Source of the DNA: Terriglobia bacterium
GTDB taxonomy: Bacteria > Acidobacteriota > Terriglobia > 2-12-FULL-54-10
Direction of reading: 5' to 3'
DNA: 64,000 bases
Assembly: GCA_963666975.2 (NCBI GenBank)
Contig: CAXVYR010000004.1
Coordinates: 1,984,001-2,048,000, forward strand
Shown: positions 1 to 10,016 of the stretch, in pieces
How positions within the stretch are numbered: position 1 is the stretch's first letter
Layout: every line of letters begins with the position of its first letter
Translations under genes and position numbers: made by a program
Notes under the pieces: model-generated
Database searches by the model: none
The model's input: only the letters and a program-made list of their open reading frames with translations
What the model was told of the DNA's origin: nothing

Positions 1-613
1 CCGGGTTCCACACCGGCATTCTGACCGGGGCCGGTTGCATGAGCGATTCCAATTCCAGCTTGAGCGATTGGCGCGCCCGCGCCAGTCTGGACTTGACGGT
101 CCCCAAAGAGACGTGCAGGATTTCCGCTACCTCTTCGTAAGCGAGCCCTTCGATCTCTCGCAGGACCAGGACCGTGCGGGAGGATTCCGGCAGCCGCTGC
201 AACGCCTTCCAGACCATTTCTTGAGTCTCCCGGGACAGCAGCGACTCGAAAGGGCTCTGCCTGCTGGCCGGGGAAAAACCCTTCAACTCCCGCTCTCCGT
301 TCCGGCCTGCATCCAGCGAAAACTCCCGCTCTCGGTGACGGTACCACCAGCGGTTTTGATTTACGGCCGTATGGACCGTGATGCGATACATCCATGTCTT
401 CAGCGAGCAATTCCCTTGGAATTTTTCAATGCTGCGGAAGACCTTGATAAAAACCTCTTGCGCCACGTCGGCGGAGTCGGCTGGGTCGTTGAGTATCCGG
501 CTGGCCAATCGGGCGATCAACCAGTCAAAGGCTTCTTCGGACCCCGCTTGCAACTCTCTGATCCAGGCTCTTTCTTCCTCATCGCCAAACCGGTTGTAAA
601 TGGACTCGAGCAA
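1..613 (-). CDS. ECF RNA polymerase sigma-70 factor (3' end runs off window)
   Basis: Not in the ORF track. Minus strand reads ...ELQAGSEEAFDWLIAR..DSADVAQEVFIKVFRSIEKFQGNCSLKTWMYRI...VSLGTVKSRLARAR. TTG start follows AGGAG. Confidence 0.85.
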   Translation of the reverse strand, partial: MLESIYNRFGDEEERAWIRELQAGSEEAFDWLIARLASRILNDPADSADVAQEVFIKVFRSIEKFQGNCSLKTWMYRITVHTAVNQNRWWYRHREREFSLDAGRNGERELKGFSPASRQSPFESLLSRETQEMVWKALQRLPESSRTVLVLREIEGLAYEEVAEILHVSLGTVKSRLARARQSLKLELESLMQPAPVRMPVWNP

Positions 614-890
614 GGCGCATCTCCTGCTCTTAAACTGGGGGATTACTACCGTCAACCATACCAGCGTAGCCCCGAGTTTTCAACTGGTCCCTCTTCTGTA
701 CAGACGCCGCCGGGCATGAAAAGGTTCCCGGCCATTGCCTGTGAAGGTTAGGATATTCTGCACAGCAGGCTGTATGATGGGGTCCCGGCATGTGGATAAC
801 ATGCTTTGTTTTGAGCCTGATCCGGGGTGAATACAGGACACGCGAATACAGAACTAAAGATCAGAACAAAAGGGACAAAAGAAGGTAGCG

Positions 891-1973
891 ATGAAGCCAT
901 CCTGGCTGCTGGCTGTTATGATCCTTTTGGGTTTGGGAGCACACATGGGGTTGGAAGGGAAACAGAGGGAACTCTCACAAACATCCGCAAAAGGTCCTAC
1001 CGGTTTCGTCTATGACGAGGTTTATCTGCGCCACCTGCCGGGACGAACCGAGCACCCGGAGCGTCCCGAACGGCTGACCGCCATTCTGGATGGCTTGGAG
1101 AGGACCGGCCTGTTGCAGTCGTTGCAGCGCATCGCTCCACGGAATGCGACCGAGGAAGATCTGGCCCTGGCACATGACGCAGCTTATCTGGCGCTGGTCC
1201 GCGAAGAGGTGGAGAATCTCCAGAGAGTAAAAAACCTCAGCACAGGAGACACGCTGGTCTCGCCCGGCTCGTTCGAGGCAGCCCGGATGGCGGCCGGTGG
1301 GGTGCTCGCAGCCGTGGATGCGGTGATGGCGGGGCAAGTGCGGAATGCCTTCTGCGCCGTTCGCCCGCCGGGACACCATGCCACCGGCAACCGCGGAATG
1401 GGGTTTTGCCTTTATAACAACGTGGCCGTTGCGGCACGCTACCTGCAAAAAATTCACGCGGTCGAGCGGGTGCTGATTGTCGATTGGGACTATCATCACG
1501 GCAACGGCACTCAGGACATTTTTTACCGGGATGGCACGGTCTTTTACTTCAGCACGCATGAGTACGGCGCTTACCCCGGAACGGGACACCCCTCCGAGAG
1601 AGGCGACGGCGAGGGAACGGGTACCACGCTGAATGTTCCCTTGCCGGCGGGGGCATCGGACGCCGAGATTCTCCAGGCGCTGGAGACAAAGCTGGTTCCG
1701 GCAGCGCGGGACTTCCGCCCGGACTTTATCCTGATCAGCGCCGGTTTCGACGCCATGCGCAATGACCTGCTGGGCAACATGGACGTGACGCCGGAAGGCT
1801 TCGCCGCCATCACTCGCGTGGTGGTTGATCTTGCCGAGGAGCTATGCCAGGGCCGGATTGTTTCGGTGCTCGAAGGCGGCTACCGCCTGGACGGGCTGGC
1901 CGAGAGCGTAGCCGCCCACCTGCAGGCGCTGCAAGGGGCTGTCAGCGGCAGGTCTGTTGCTGCCAGTCATTAG
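891..1973 (+). CDS. histone deacetylase family (HDAC/AcuC/AphA) protein with signal-peptide-like N-terminus
   Basis: HPERPERL, RPPGHHA, GMGFC, DWDYHHGNGTQ, SAGFD and EGGY motifs. Confidence 0.93.
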   Translation: MKPSWLLAVMILLGLGAHMGLEGKQRELSQTSAKGPTGFVYDEVYLRHLPGRTEHPERPERLTAILDGLERTGLLQSLQRIAPRNATEEDLALAHDAAYLALVREEVENLQRVKNLSTGDTLVSPGSFEAARMAAGGVLAAVDAVMAGQVRNAFCAVRPPGHHATGNRGMGFCLYNNVAVAARYLQKIHAVERVLIVDWDYHHGNGTQDIFYRDGTVFYFSTHEYGAYPGTGHPSERGDGEGTGTTLNVPLPAGASDAEILQALETKLVPAARDFRPDFILISAGFDAMRNDLLGNMDVTPEGFAAITRVVVDLAEELCQGRIVSVLEGGYRLDGLAESVAAHLQALQGAVSGRSVAASH

Positions 1974-2030
1974 CCAGCTTCCCCTTTCCGAATTACTGAT
2001 CTCAAACTCTGGAATGAAAGGAAAACAGTC

Positions 2031-2810
2031 ATGACTCAAAGCCGCTTAGAAGGGCGCGTGGCTTTTGTGACGGGCGGCGGGCGCGGCATCGGCAAAGCTA
2101 TTGCCACCCGTCTTTATGCGGAAGGAGCAGAAATCGGGATCTGCGGGACCGCGCCGGAAGCAGTAAATCAGGCGGCGCAAGAGATCGCGCAGAACGGGCG
2201 CGGGGTGCTGGCGCTTCCCTGCGACGTGTCGGACCCGGCCCAAGTGAAGGCCACGGTGGCGAAGGTCAGGGAGCGTTTCGGCAAGGTGGACATACTGATC
2301 AATAACGCCGCCATCATGCTGCGTCACATCGGGGCCGAGCGCGCCACACGGCCTTTCCAGGAACTGGCGGTCGAGGACTGGGATCGGGTCATGGCGGTAA
2401 ATGTCCGCGGCCCCTGGCTGTGCGCCGGGGCGGTCTTCCCGGATATGAAAGGGCAGGGGTGGGGCCGCATCATCAACATCACATCAAGCACCGTCTATAT
2501 GGGCAAAGGCAACGGCCTGCAATACGTCACCTCCAAGGCCGCGCTGGTGGGACTGACCCGGCGGCTGGCGACCGAGGTGGGACGCCATGGAATTACCGTC
2601 AACGCCATCTCCCCCGGCTTGACCCAATCGGAGACTGTGCTGGAGCACGACTATGCGGAGAGGAGCCAGGAGATAGCCAGGGCCTCGCCGATTCCGCGCC
2701 TCGAATATCCGGAAGATCTGGCCGGGGCTGCGGCGTGGCTTGCTTCCGACGATGCCGCCTTTGTCACCGGCCAAGTCGTCAGCGTGGATGGCGGCCTCAG
2801 CATGCACTGA
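2031..2810 (+). CDS. SDR family oxidoreductase
   Basis: TGGGRGIG, NNAA and YVTSK motifs. Confidence 0.93.
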   Translation: MTQSRLEGRVAFVTGGGRGIGKAIATRLYAEGAEIGICGTAPEAVNQAAQEIAQNGRGVLALPCDVSDPAQVKATVAKVRERFGKVDILINNAAIMLRHIGAERATRPFQELAVEDWDRVMAVNVRGPWLCAGAVFPDMKGQGWGRIINITSSTVYMGKGNGLQYVTSKAALVGLTRRLATEVGRHGITVNAISPGLTQSETVLEHDYAERSQEIARASPIPRLEYPEDLAGAAAWLASDDAAFVTGQVVSVDGGLSMH

Positions 2811-2859
2811 GAAGAAGCGGAAGAGATAGCAGAGAAGCAACAGCGGAAAGGGATCAACC

Positions 2860-3231
2860 TTGCAGATAGGACTATTAGTCGTCTTCGGAGCTTTGGGAAC
2901 CCTGGCGCGCTACGCGCTGCAAGGCTGGGTGCAGAACCACACCGATTTTCGTTTTCCGAGCGGCACGCTGGCGGTCAACGTGCTGGGATGCTTTTTGCTG
3001 GGCGGCGCCGGCCAGTTTGCATTGCGACACATTACGGTGCCCCCGGACTGGCGTGTCGGCTTGACGGTTGGGTTCTTCGGGGCGTTCACAACCTTTTCCA
3101 CATTCGGATGGGAAACGGTGCGGATGCTGGAAGATGGCGAGTGGATGAAAGCGGCGCTCTATGCGGGAACCAGCCTCATCGGTGGTTTGCTCGCCGTTTT
3201 TCTCGGCATCCGGCTGGCGGACATGCTCTAG
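2860..3231 (+). CDS. crcB: fluoride efflux channel Fluc/CrcB
   Basis: GTLARY, GTLAVNVLGCF and GFFGAFTTFSTF motifs. Confidence 0.95.
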   Translation: MQIGLLVVFGALGTLARYALQGWVQNHTDFRFPSGTLAVNVLGCFLLGGAGQFALRHITVPPDWRVGLTVGFFGAFTTFSTFGWETVRMLEDGEWMKAALYAGTSLIGGLLAVFLGIRLADML

Positions 3232-3239
3232 GAGGGAAA

Positions 3240-3584
3240 ATGGAACATGCTCGATTCGAAGGGGAGCGCACGCTGATGCGAGTTCACATCGGCGAGTCGG
3301 ACAAATGGCAAGGCGGCCCTTTGTATCAGGGTCTCGTGGAATTGTTCCGGCAGGAGGGTTTGGCTGGTGTCACCGTGCTGCGCGGGGTGGGAGGTTACGG
3401 CTCCGCCAGCCGCTACCATACCGAGAAAATTCTGCGGCTTTCGCAGGACCTGCCCATGGTTCTCGAAGTGGTGGAATACTCGGAACGGGTGGAACGCATC
3501 CTGCCCCGGCTGGACGAGATGATCGGCGGAGGCTTGATCACGCTGGAGAAGGTCCGCGTCATCCTTTACCGCTCCAGCAAATAG
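3240..3584 (+). CDS. DUF190 PII-like protein (usual crcB partner)
   Basis: RVHIGESDKW, AGVTVLRGVGGYG and LRLSQDLP. ATG at 3240 follows GGAGG. Confidence 0.9.
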   Translation: MEHARFEGERTLMRVHIGESDKWQGGPLYQGLVELFRQEGLAGVTVLRGVGGYGSASRYHTEKILRLSQDLPMVLEVVEYSERVERILPRLDEMIGGGLITLEKVRVILYRSSK

Positions 3585-3679
3585 CAATCCGTTGCCGCAC
3601 GAAAGCTCGACCTCTTACTGCAAGAGCCCCACCTCTACAGCCGCAGCCTGGGCCGCATGCTTTGGTGTACCATGGCACT

Positions 3680-5227
3680 GTGGCTGACGGCTCGACAAAC
3701 ACTCCTGGGAAGATTTATCTGGTGGGCGCAGGGCCCGGCGACCCCGGCCTGCTGACGCTGAAGGGGCAGACCATTCTGCGCGCAGCCGACGTGGTCGTCT
3801 ATGACTACCTGGCTAATCCCGAACTGTTGCTTGAAACCAAGCCGGGAGCGGAGATCATCTACGCGGGAATGCACGCCGAGAAGCGTCTCTCCCAAGAACA
3901 GATCAACCAGCTTCTGGTTGACCGTGCGCGGCAGGGCAAGCAAGTCTGCCGGTTAAAAGGGGGTGACCCGTTTATATTCGGAAGGGGCGGTGAGGAGGCC
4001 GAGCATATCGCCGCTTCCGGCATCCCGTTTGAGATCGTGCCGGGCGTCAGCTCCGGCTACGCCGTCCCCGCCTATGCGGGCATCCCGCTCACCCACCGGC
4101 GGCTCTCCTCCACGGTTACGTTCATCACAGGGCATGAAGACCCGGAAAAGGAGAGCGGCACGAAGCTCGATTGGGAACGGATCGCCCACGGCGCCTCCAC
4201 GCTGGTGTTTTTCATGAGCGTGAAGACGCTCCCGGCTATCGCCCGGAAGCTGATCCGGGCCGGGCGCGCGCCGTCCACGCCGGTGGCGCTGATCCGCTGG
4301 GGAACGCGCGGGGAGCAACGGGTGGTCACGGGCACTCTGGAGACGATTGCCGGCGATGTAAAGAAGGCCGGGCTGAAACCGCCGGCCCTGATCGTGGTGG
4401 GAGACGTGGTCAGCCTGCGGGAGAAGGTGCAATGGTTTGAAAAGCTGCCGTTGTTCGGAGAGCGCGTGCTCATCACCCGTTCGCGGGACCAGGCCGCCGA
4501 GATGGCGGCGCCATTGCGCTCCCTGGGGGCGGAGACCATCGAGCTGCCGACGATCGCCATTCACGACCCGGAAGACTGGTCGCCGCTCGATCGGGCTCTG
4601 GAGACGGCCGGGAGCTACGACTGGATCATCTTCACCAGCGCAAACGGCGTGAGAAAGTTCATGGACAGAATGGGGGTGACCGGCCAGGACATCCGCAGCC
4701 TGGCCGGAGCAAAAATCTGCGCCATCGGCCCGGCTACGGCGGAGGAGTTGCGCAGACATCTGCTGCAGGTAGCAAAGGTGCCCCGCGAGTACCGGGCGGA
4801 AGGCGTGCTGGAGGCATTTTCCGATGAGCCGCTCGCGGGCAAGCGCTTCCTCATCCCTCGCGCCAGGGTGGCACGGGACGTGCTGCCGGATGAGTTGCGA
4901 AAGCGCGGGGCGCAGGTGGACGTGGCGGAAGCCTACCGGACCCTGCCGCCCGCCGACTCGGCGGAAAGAACGCAGGTGATCTTCTCCCGGCACCCGCCCA
5001 CCGTCATCACCTTTACCAGCTCGTCCACGGTGGAAAATTTTCTCCGGCTGCTGCCGGAGGGGGAGCAATCCGCCTATCTCAACAACGTAAAGCTCGCCTC
5101 CATCGGTCCCATTACCAGCGGCACCCTGCGCCGCCACGGGCTCCCCGTCGATATCGAAGCCCGCGAATACACCATCCCCGCGCTGGTTGCGGCCATCGTG
5201 GAAAGTCTCGGTAAAAATGCCCGGTAA
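3680..5227 (+). CDS. cobA: uroporphyrinogen-III C-methyltransferase / synthase fusion (CobA-HemD)
   Basis: LVGAGPGDPGLLT and RLKGGDPFIFGRGGEE, then a HemD domain (FTSANGV, FTSSSTV). GTG start is inferred. Confidence 0.93.
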   Translation: MADGSTNTPGKIYLVGAGPGDPGLLTLKGQTILRAADVVVYDYLANPELLLETKPGAEIIYAGMHAEKRLSQEQINQLLVDRARQGKQVCRLKGGDPFIFGRGGEEAEHIAASGIPFEIVPGVSSGYAVPAYAGIPLTHRRLSSTVTFITGHEDPEKESGTKLDWERIAHGASTLVFFMSVKTLPAIARKLIRAGRAPSTPVALIRWGTRGEQRVVTGTLETIAGDVKKAGLKPPALIVVGDVVSLREKVQWFEKLPLFGERVLITRSRDQAAEMAAPLRSLGAETIELPTIAIHDPEDWSPLDRALETAGSYDWIIFTSANGVRKFMDRMGVTGQDIRSLAGAKICAIGPATAEELRRHLLQVAKVPREYRAEGVLEAFSDEPLAGKRFLIPRARVARDVLPDELRKRGAQVDVAEAYRTLPPADSAERTQVIFSRHPPTVITFTSSSTVENFLRLLPEGEQSAYLNNVKLASIGPITSGTLRRHGLPVDIEAREYTIPALVAAIVESLGKNAR

Positions 5228-5419
5228 AACGGGCGGAGGAAAAGTCCGCAGGCCTTCCGCTTGGAGGATGTTGCGAGTGATTGGGGTATCGAACACTTTG
5301 GAAGTGGCACAACGACTGGGACAGGGTATTGACACCTCAAAAACTGTCACGGTCTTTGTCGCATGGCCTTTCAGCCTTGGTTATGCTGGGGTTATGCTGG
5401 CGGCGCAGAGGCGGAAGGA

Positions 5420-5468
5420 TGCGTAGCAAGACCAGACCGTTTTTTGTACCAAACCTAGCGAGAGAGTT
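5420..5468 (+). mobile_element. isolated IS3-family left-end remnant
   Basis: TTTTTGTACCAA...GAGAGAGT matches the sequence preceding the IS3 orfA stub at 33274. Confidence 0.45.
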
Positions 5469-5521
5469 CACACCACAGCTTGTGGCTGTGAAATGGGTTT
5501 TGGGAAGCAAGGCTGGCCTGA

Positions 5522-5900
5522 AGAGTCTGTGTGAAAACCCCTCTTAACTGATCTCGTATAATGCACCTCAAGGAGGCGCGATGAAATTCTTGATCTGCAA
5601 CCCGGAGCAAGCGTATCTGCTGCCGCCCAGCGTGCGGGACGTACTCGGAGAAGGACACGTTAGTTTCTTTCTGCACCGAGCCGTGGAGCGGTTGGACCTG
5701 AGCACATTCGAGCAGGGATACGTGGAAGAAGGACGCCCGGCCGATCACCCTGTCCTGCTGCTGAAAGTGTGGCTGTATGCCTACGTGTTGGGGCTCACCT
5801 CGGCGCGGCGGCGGGAGCGGATTGAGAAACCAGAAGGTATGCTGTTATGCATCAGCGGGTTCGTCCCAAAACAAAAATCGGAGGTTTTCACACAGACTCT
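5522..5900 (+). mobile_element. internally deleted IS1182-family element (MITE-like) with transposase N-terminal fragment (ORF 5581-5904)
   Basis: Perfect 18-bp terminal IRs AGAGTCTGTGTGAAAACC / GGTTTTCACACAGACTCT. ORF QAYLLPPS...HPVLLLKVWLYAY resembles DUF772. Confidence 0.88.
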
Positions 5901-5901
5901 A

Positions 5902-5980
5902 TAGCCGCTGAGGGAAACCAATCTCAGTGGCTAAAGCCGCTTTCCGGCAGCTCGTTCTCGGCACGGTTAAAACCGTGCCC
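5902..5980. repeat. REP-like palindrome pair
   Basis: TAGCCGCTGAG..CTCAGTGGCTA and GGCACGGTT-AA-AACCGTGCC hairpins. Confidence 0.7.
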
Positions 5981-6198
5981 TGACGTTGAAATTGACCCAC
6001 TACCGAAGAGCCGGCGGCATTGGAAAATAGCGCGAATGGAGCTACAATTGTACCTCAGGTCGTCAAATCCAGCATTTCTTGCGTTGCAGTATGGAAAGGG
6101 CAGCCCGGAAGCTGGATTTGAATTCGTGTTCTGTTGCAGCGCAAAGAGAGAGGAGCAGGCGTTTGAGGCGTGGTTACGGCTCAACACCTGTAGGTTCG

Positions 6199-7632
6199 AT
6201 GATCAATGCCGCGGTCTGCCGGCAGACGTCCCGCTACCGAAACGAATTTGTAAACGCCCGTCCCTTTCCGCACGTCGTCATCGACTATTTCTTTGAAGCC
6301 GGCCATGCAGAACAGTTGCTGGCTGAATTCCCTCCCTTCGATCCGGCTAACGCCCTAAACGAATTCGGAGAAGTAGGCCGCAAGGCGACGGTCACCGATA
6401 TCCGGAAAATCAGCCCTTTTTACGCCCAGGTTTACCGCTTTATCGCTTCGCAAGATTACCGGGACTTCATATCGCAGGTCACCGGCATTCCGGATTTGCT
6501 GTTTGACGAGTCGCTATTCGGCGGCGGGGCGCAAGAAAACCTCGAGGGGCAGGACTTGGATCCGCACGTGGACTTTAACTATCTTGAGGACCGCATGCTG
6601 CACCGCCGGTTGAACGTGCTGCTGTATCTGAACAAAGAGTGGGAGAAGAATTGGGGCGGCTGCATCGAATTGCACTCCAACCCCCGGCGGCCGGCGGAAA
6701 ATCAAATCAAGGTGGTGGAGCCCCTGTTCAACCGCTGCGTCATTTTCGAGACCAGCGAGCGTTCCTGGCACGGCTTCGAGCGTATTCGTCTCCCCGAAAA
6801 CAAAAAGCACCACTCGCGGAAAATGCTATCGCTTTATTTGTACACGCGCGACCGGCCCGCTGAGCAGATCGCGCCCCCTCATTCCACCTTCTACATTCAG
6901 AGGCCAAAGCCCGCGCGCCTGGTCCCCGGACACACCCTCACTGAGGAAGATGTGCGGCAGATCGAACAAGACTACTACCGGCGCGACAACTGGATCGAGC
7001 GCTATCAAAAAATGGAGCTTGAGGATTCCCGGAAGCTGCAGGCCTTCACCGGCTATACCAACGAGCAGCATCCAGCACATAAAATCCATGCCGCGCAGAG
7101 GGGGCAGATACCACACACGCTACCTGAAAGCAGTGCAGCATGCCCGGCGCTGGGCGCGCCTCCTGCTTCCGGGAAAAAAAATGGAGCCCCTTCCTCCATG
7201 CCTACGGAATCCGCACAGGATGCCCTGCTGGTTCCTTTGACTGGGTACGCGCTTCAGGAAGGCCCGGCGCTGGGATTCTGGCCGGATAATGGCTGGATTG
7301 GCAATCCTTTTGAGGTGGCTATCCGGCTCCATAGGCCGCTGGATTCGATCATTGTCCAGGGGTATTTGCCTGAACAGATCCAGCAAGAGATAGAACTTTG
7401 CATCTCGGTGAACGGCGTTATGACCTCGCGGCACAGGGTTCCCCCCGGGCTGTTCTCGCTGCAGGTCAGTTCCCCGGCAAGCATGGGGGAAACCATGAAA
7501 CTGCGGATCACTTCGGACAAGTCCTACTGCCCGGCGCATGCTGGCACGGGCACCGATATACGAGACCTCGTGTTTTCCCTAAGGGAGATTCGCATGCTCC
7601 ATGCGGCGCAAACTGCAACTGCCGCGAGATAG
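6199..7632 (+). CDS. 2OG-Fe(II) oxygenase with C-terminal beta-sandwich-like extension
   Basis: ARPFPHVVID, HxD in DPHVDFN, SWHGF and RRLNVLLYLN. Start codon is inferred. Confidence 0.88.
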   Translation: MINAAVCRQTSRYRNEFVNARPFPHVVIDYFFEAGHAEQLLAEFPPFDPANALNEFGEVGRKATVTDIRKISPFYAQVYRFIASQDYRDFISQVTGIPDLLFDESLFGGGAQENLEGQDLDPHVDFNYLEDRMLHRRLNVLLYLNKEWEKNWGGCIELHSNPRRPAENQIKVVEPLFNRCVIFETSERSWHGFERIRLPENKKHHSRKMLSLYLYTRDRPAEQIAPPHSTFYIQRPKPARLVPGHTLTEEDVRQIEQDYYRRDNWIERYQKMELEDSRKLQAFTGYTNEQHPAHKIHAAQRGQIPHTLPESSAACPALGAPPASGKKNGAPSSMPTESAQDALLVPLTGYALQEGPALGFWPDNGWIGNPFEVAIRLHRPLDSIIVQGYLPEQIQQEIELCISVNGVMTSRHRVPPGLFSLQVSSPASMGETMKLRITSDKSYCPAHAGTGTDIRDLVFSLREIRMLHAAQTATAAR

Positions 7633-7906
7633 CGCGAACGTCAGGAATCCTTCTCACTCTCCTCACAAATCCCGCCCCAGCCGCCCTGCCAGCGCTAGCT
7701 CCTCCGACGTTGCTTTCGATGCCGAGCAAAACGCAAAAAATATCCTGCCCGGGAAATGGCACGCTATTCTCATCCTAATAAGTGGCCAAGGTTTGCAGGC
7801 AAAGGTTTGCAGGCATTTGAGCGGCAGAACGAGCGGATGTTTGGCTAGCCTATTCTTCTTTTTTGCCAAAAACCTGAGGCCTCAATCTGGAGGTGAAGCC
7901 AGCGAT

Positions 7907-9605
7907 GGATTCTCAAATGGACTCTCAAAGAGATACCTTTCACTGCAAAACCTCTAACTGCAATGCCCCGGAGATCCCGGACAAGCGTCTCCGCAGTCTG
8001 GCCGGACGTTTAACCGTTCTGCTCCGTGCCAATCATTTTCTGCTGGCACTGATTCTGATAGCGACCCCATCGTTCGCCGACGTGATTGTTCTAAAAGCTG
8101 GCCGCCGCATCGTCGCCCGCTCCGCTTCCGAACAGGGAGGCAAAGAAGGAGGCCAAGAAGCAGGAAAGATATCCTATGAGGTGTCAGCCGGCAGCATCAC
8201 CATACCCAAATCACTGGTAGCGCGGATCGAAAAAGGAGAAATCGCAACGCGGAAGCCTGCTTTGGTTTCTAGCGAGGAAGTTTCCATCGAGGAAACGAGC
8301 GATGAAAATCCTATCCAAGAACTTTCCAGTCAGATTCAGACGCGCCACGCAGATGTAGAGTCCATCATCCGGAACGATGCCGTGGACGAGAAGCGTTTGC
8401 AGGAGATGGCCAGCTTAGCCGGCCATGGCGACAAGGAACGTCGGACCGCGGTGGATGCCTACCTGACGGCTGCTTCCTTTGAGGTCCAGCAGGAACGGCT
8501 CGGCCCGGCCAGCCGATGGGCGGAACAGGCATTGCGGTTGTCGCGGCGCGACATCAACGCCTTGCTGTTGAGCGCCCAGATCGATATTGCCCGCCAGCAA
8601 TACAGCGAGGCGATTGAGCATTTGCGGCTTGCGCAGAGCATCGAGCCCGATTCCCCGGATGTGCCTACCTTGCTGGGCTATGCCTATTACTACGCGGACG
8701 GAGCCGGGAAGGCTTCCCGGCATTGGAAGCGTGCCTACGCGATGCGCCCGGATGGCGATCTCAGGGAACTGATCCAGCAGACCGAGCGCGAGGAGCAAGT
8801 GGAAAGCGGATATCGGCAGGCGCACAGCGGACACTTCCTGTTTCAGTGGGATAGCTCGGAAGTATCTCCCTCCTTCAGCCGGGAGATACTTGCCACGTTG
8901 GAACGGCAGTACTGGGAGCTGGAGTTGGCGCTGGACTTTGCGCCCCGCGAACCGATCGTGGTTATTCTCTACGCCGCCAGGCAGTTCAAGGATATTACGC
9001 AAGCGCCCGGCGCCCTCAACGACGGCAAAATTCGGGTTCCGGTGCAGGGCTTGAGCAGCGTCAACGGAGACCTCGCCAGAGTTTTGAAACACGAGCTGGC
9101 GCATTCGTTTGTTCATCGCCTCTCTCTCGGGCGCTGTCCTGCGTGGCTCAACGAGGGATTAGCCCTGGCGGAAAGCGGCGAGAGGCTTCCCCAATCCGGC
9201 CCATGGCTCGCCATGCTCTATAGCCAGTCCCGGCATGTTCCTCTGGCACAGCTGGAAAAATCCTTTACGCAGTTTAATTCTTCCTTGGCGGCGGTCTCCT
9301 ACGCTTCATCCGAATCAGCCGTATCCCGGTATGGCTCGGGGCTGACACGGCTCTATAGCCAATCCAGTCGAGTTCCTCTGACACAACTGGGCGGACCTTC
9401 TCCAGCTACCATCGGCTATGCGGAATCGCAAGCCGCCGTGGAGATGATCCGCGACCAATACGGCCCTTACCAGTTGTCGCGATTATTGAAAGTCCTGGGA
9501 GAAGGTAAGACAATGCCAGAGGCGCTCGAAGAAGTTTTGCGGATGGACTACGCGGAATTGGATGCGGAATTGGGCAGCTATTTGACACGGCGCTACCGTC
9601 CCTGA
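7907..9605 (+). CDS. TPR-containing zincin (peptidase MA-like) protein, exported
   Basis: Hydrophobic signal ending SFA-DVIVLK, TPR helices, HELAH...WLNEGLA. Start is uncertain. Confidence 0.85.
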
Positions 9606-9687
9606 CTGCAACCCCATCATTTAGATTTTTACTCTCCAGCTTCCCCCATGAGAGAATAGAAACCCGTACCAGCGGAAGGGCAAAGGA

Positions 9688-9894
9688 ATGCCGACATTCT
9701 TATTCAAGTGTGAAAGATGCGGGCGCTACAGACCATTTTTGACCCACGAAGCGTAGCATCCAGGACAACAGGAGGGAAACCTCATACAGAAGCACTGCCC
9801 TACATGCCATACGACGACAAGCTGGGCAATGGCATTTCTGGAGCGGCGTTCCGGCAGAGACAGGCGGTCCAGCAGTGAACGGAGAGTGCCCTGA
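9688..9894 (+). pseudogene. small zinc-ribbon ORF interrupted by an in-frame TAG (9754-9756)
   Basis: MPTFLFKCERCGRY...*...KHCPTCHTTT...ERRSGRDRR. Confidence 0.55.
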
Positions 9895-10016
9895 GGACAA
9901 GCGGAATACCCTTTAGCTAGTTCCCTCGCCCCACGAACCGCACCAATCCATTTGTGAGGTTGTGAACAAACCTCACCTCTTATTTTTAGAGTATTCCTTT
10001 ACCAGCGAAGGTCGGG

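Noticed and set aside
35-751. Plus-strand 238-aa ORF and other long antisense ORFs (3953-5350, 17683-19110, 27589-29424, 31471-33066, 53757-54830)
   Set aside because: These are shadows of well-supported genes on the opposite strand in GC-rich DNA.
760-2860. Fluoride riboswitch upstream of crcB
   Set aside because: TGATGGGGTCCC at ~776 only loosely resembles the consensus, and the 3' motif is missing.
7755-7816. Sigma-54 promoter-like TGGCAC/TTGCA motifs and tandem AAGGTTTGCAGGCA
   Set aside because: The GG-to-GC spacing is one base short, or the -12 GC is absent.
9754-9756. Pyrrolysine readthrough at the TAG
   Set aside because: No pyl genes in view and no methylamine methyltransferase context; a nonsense mutation is simpler.
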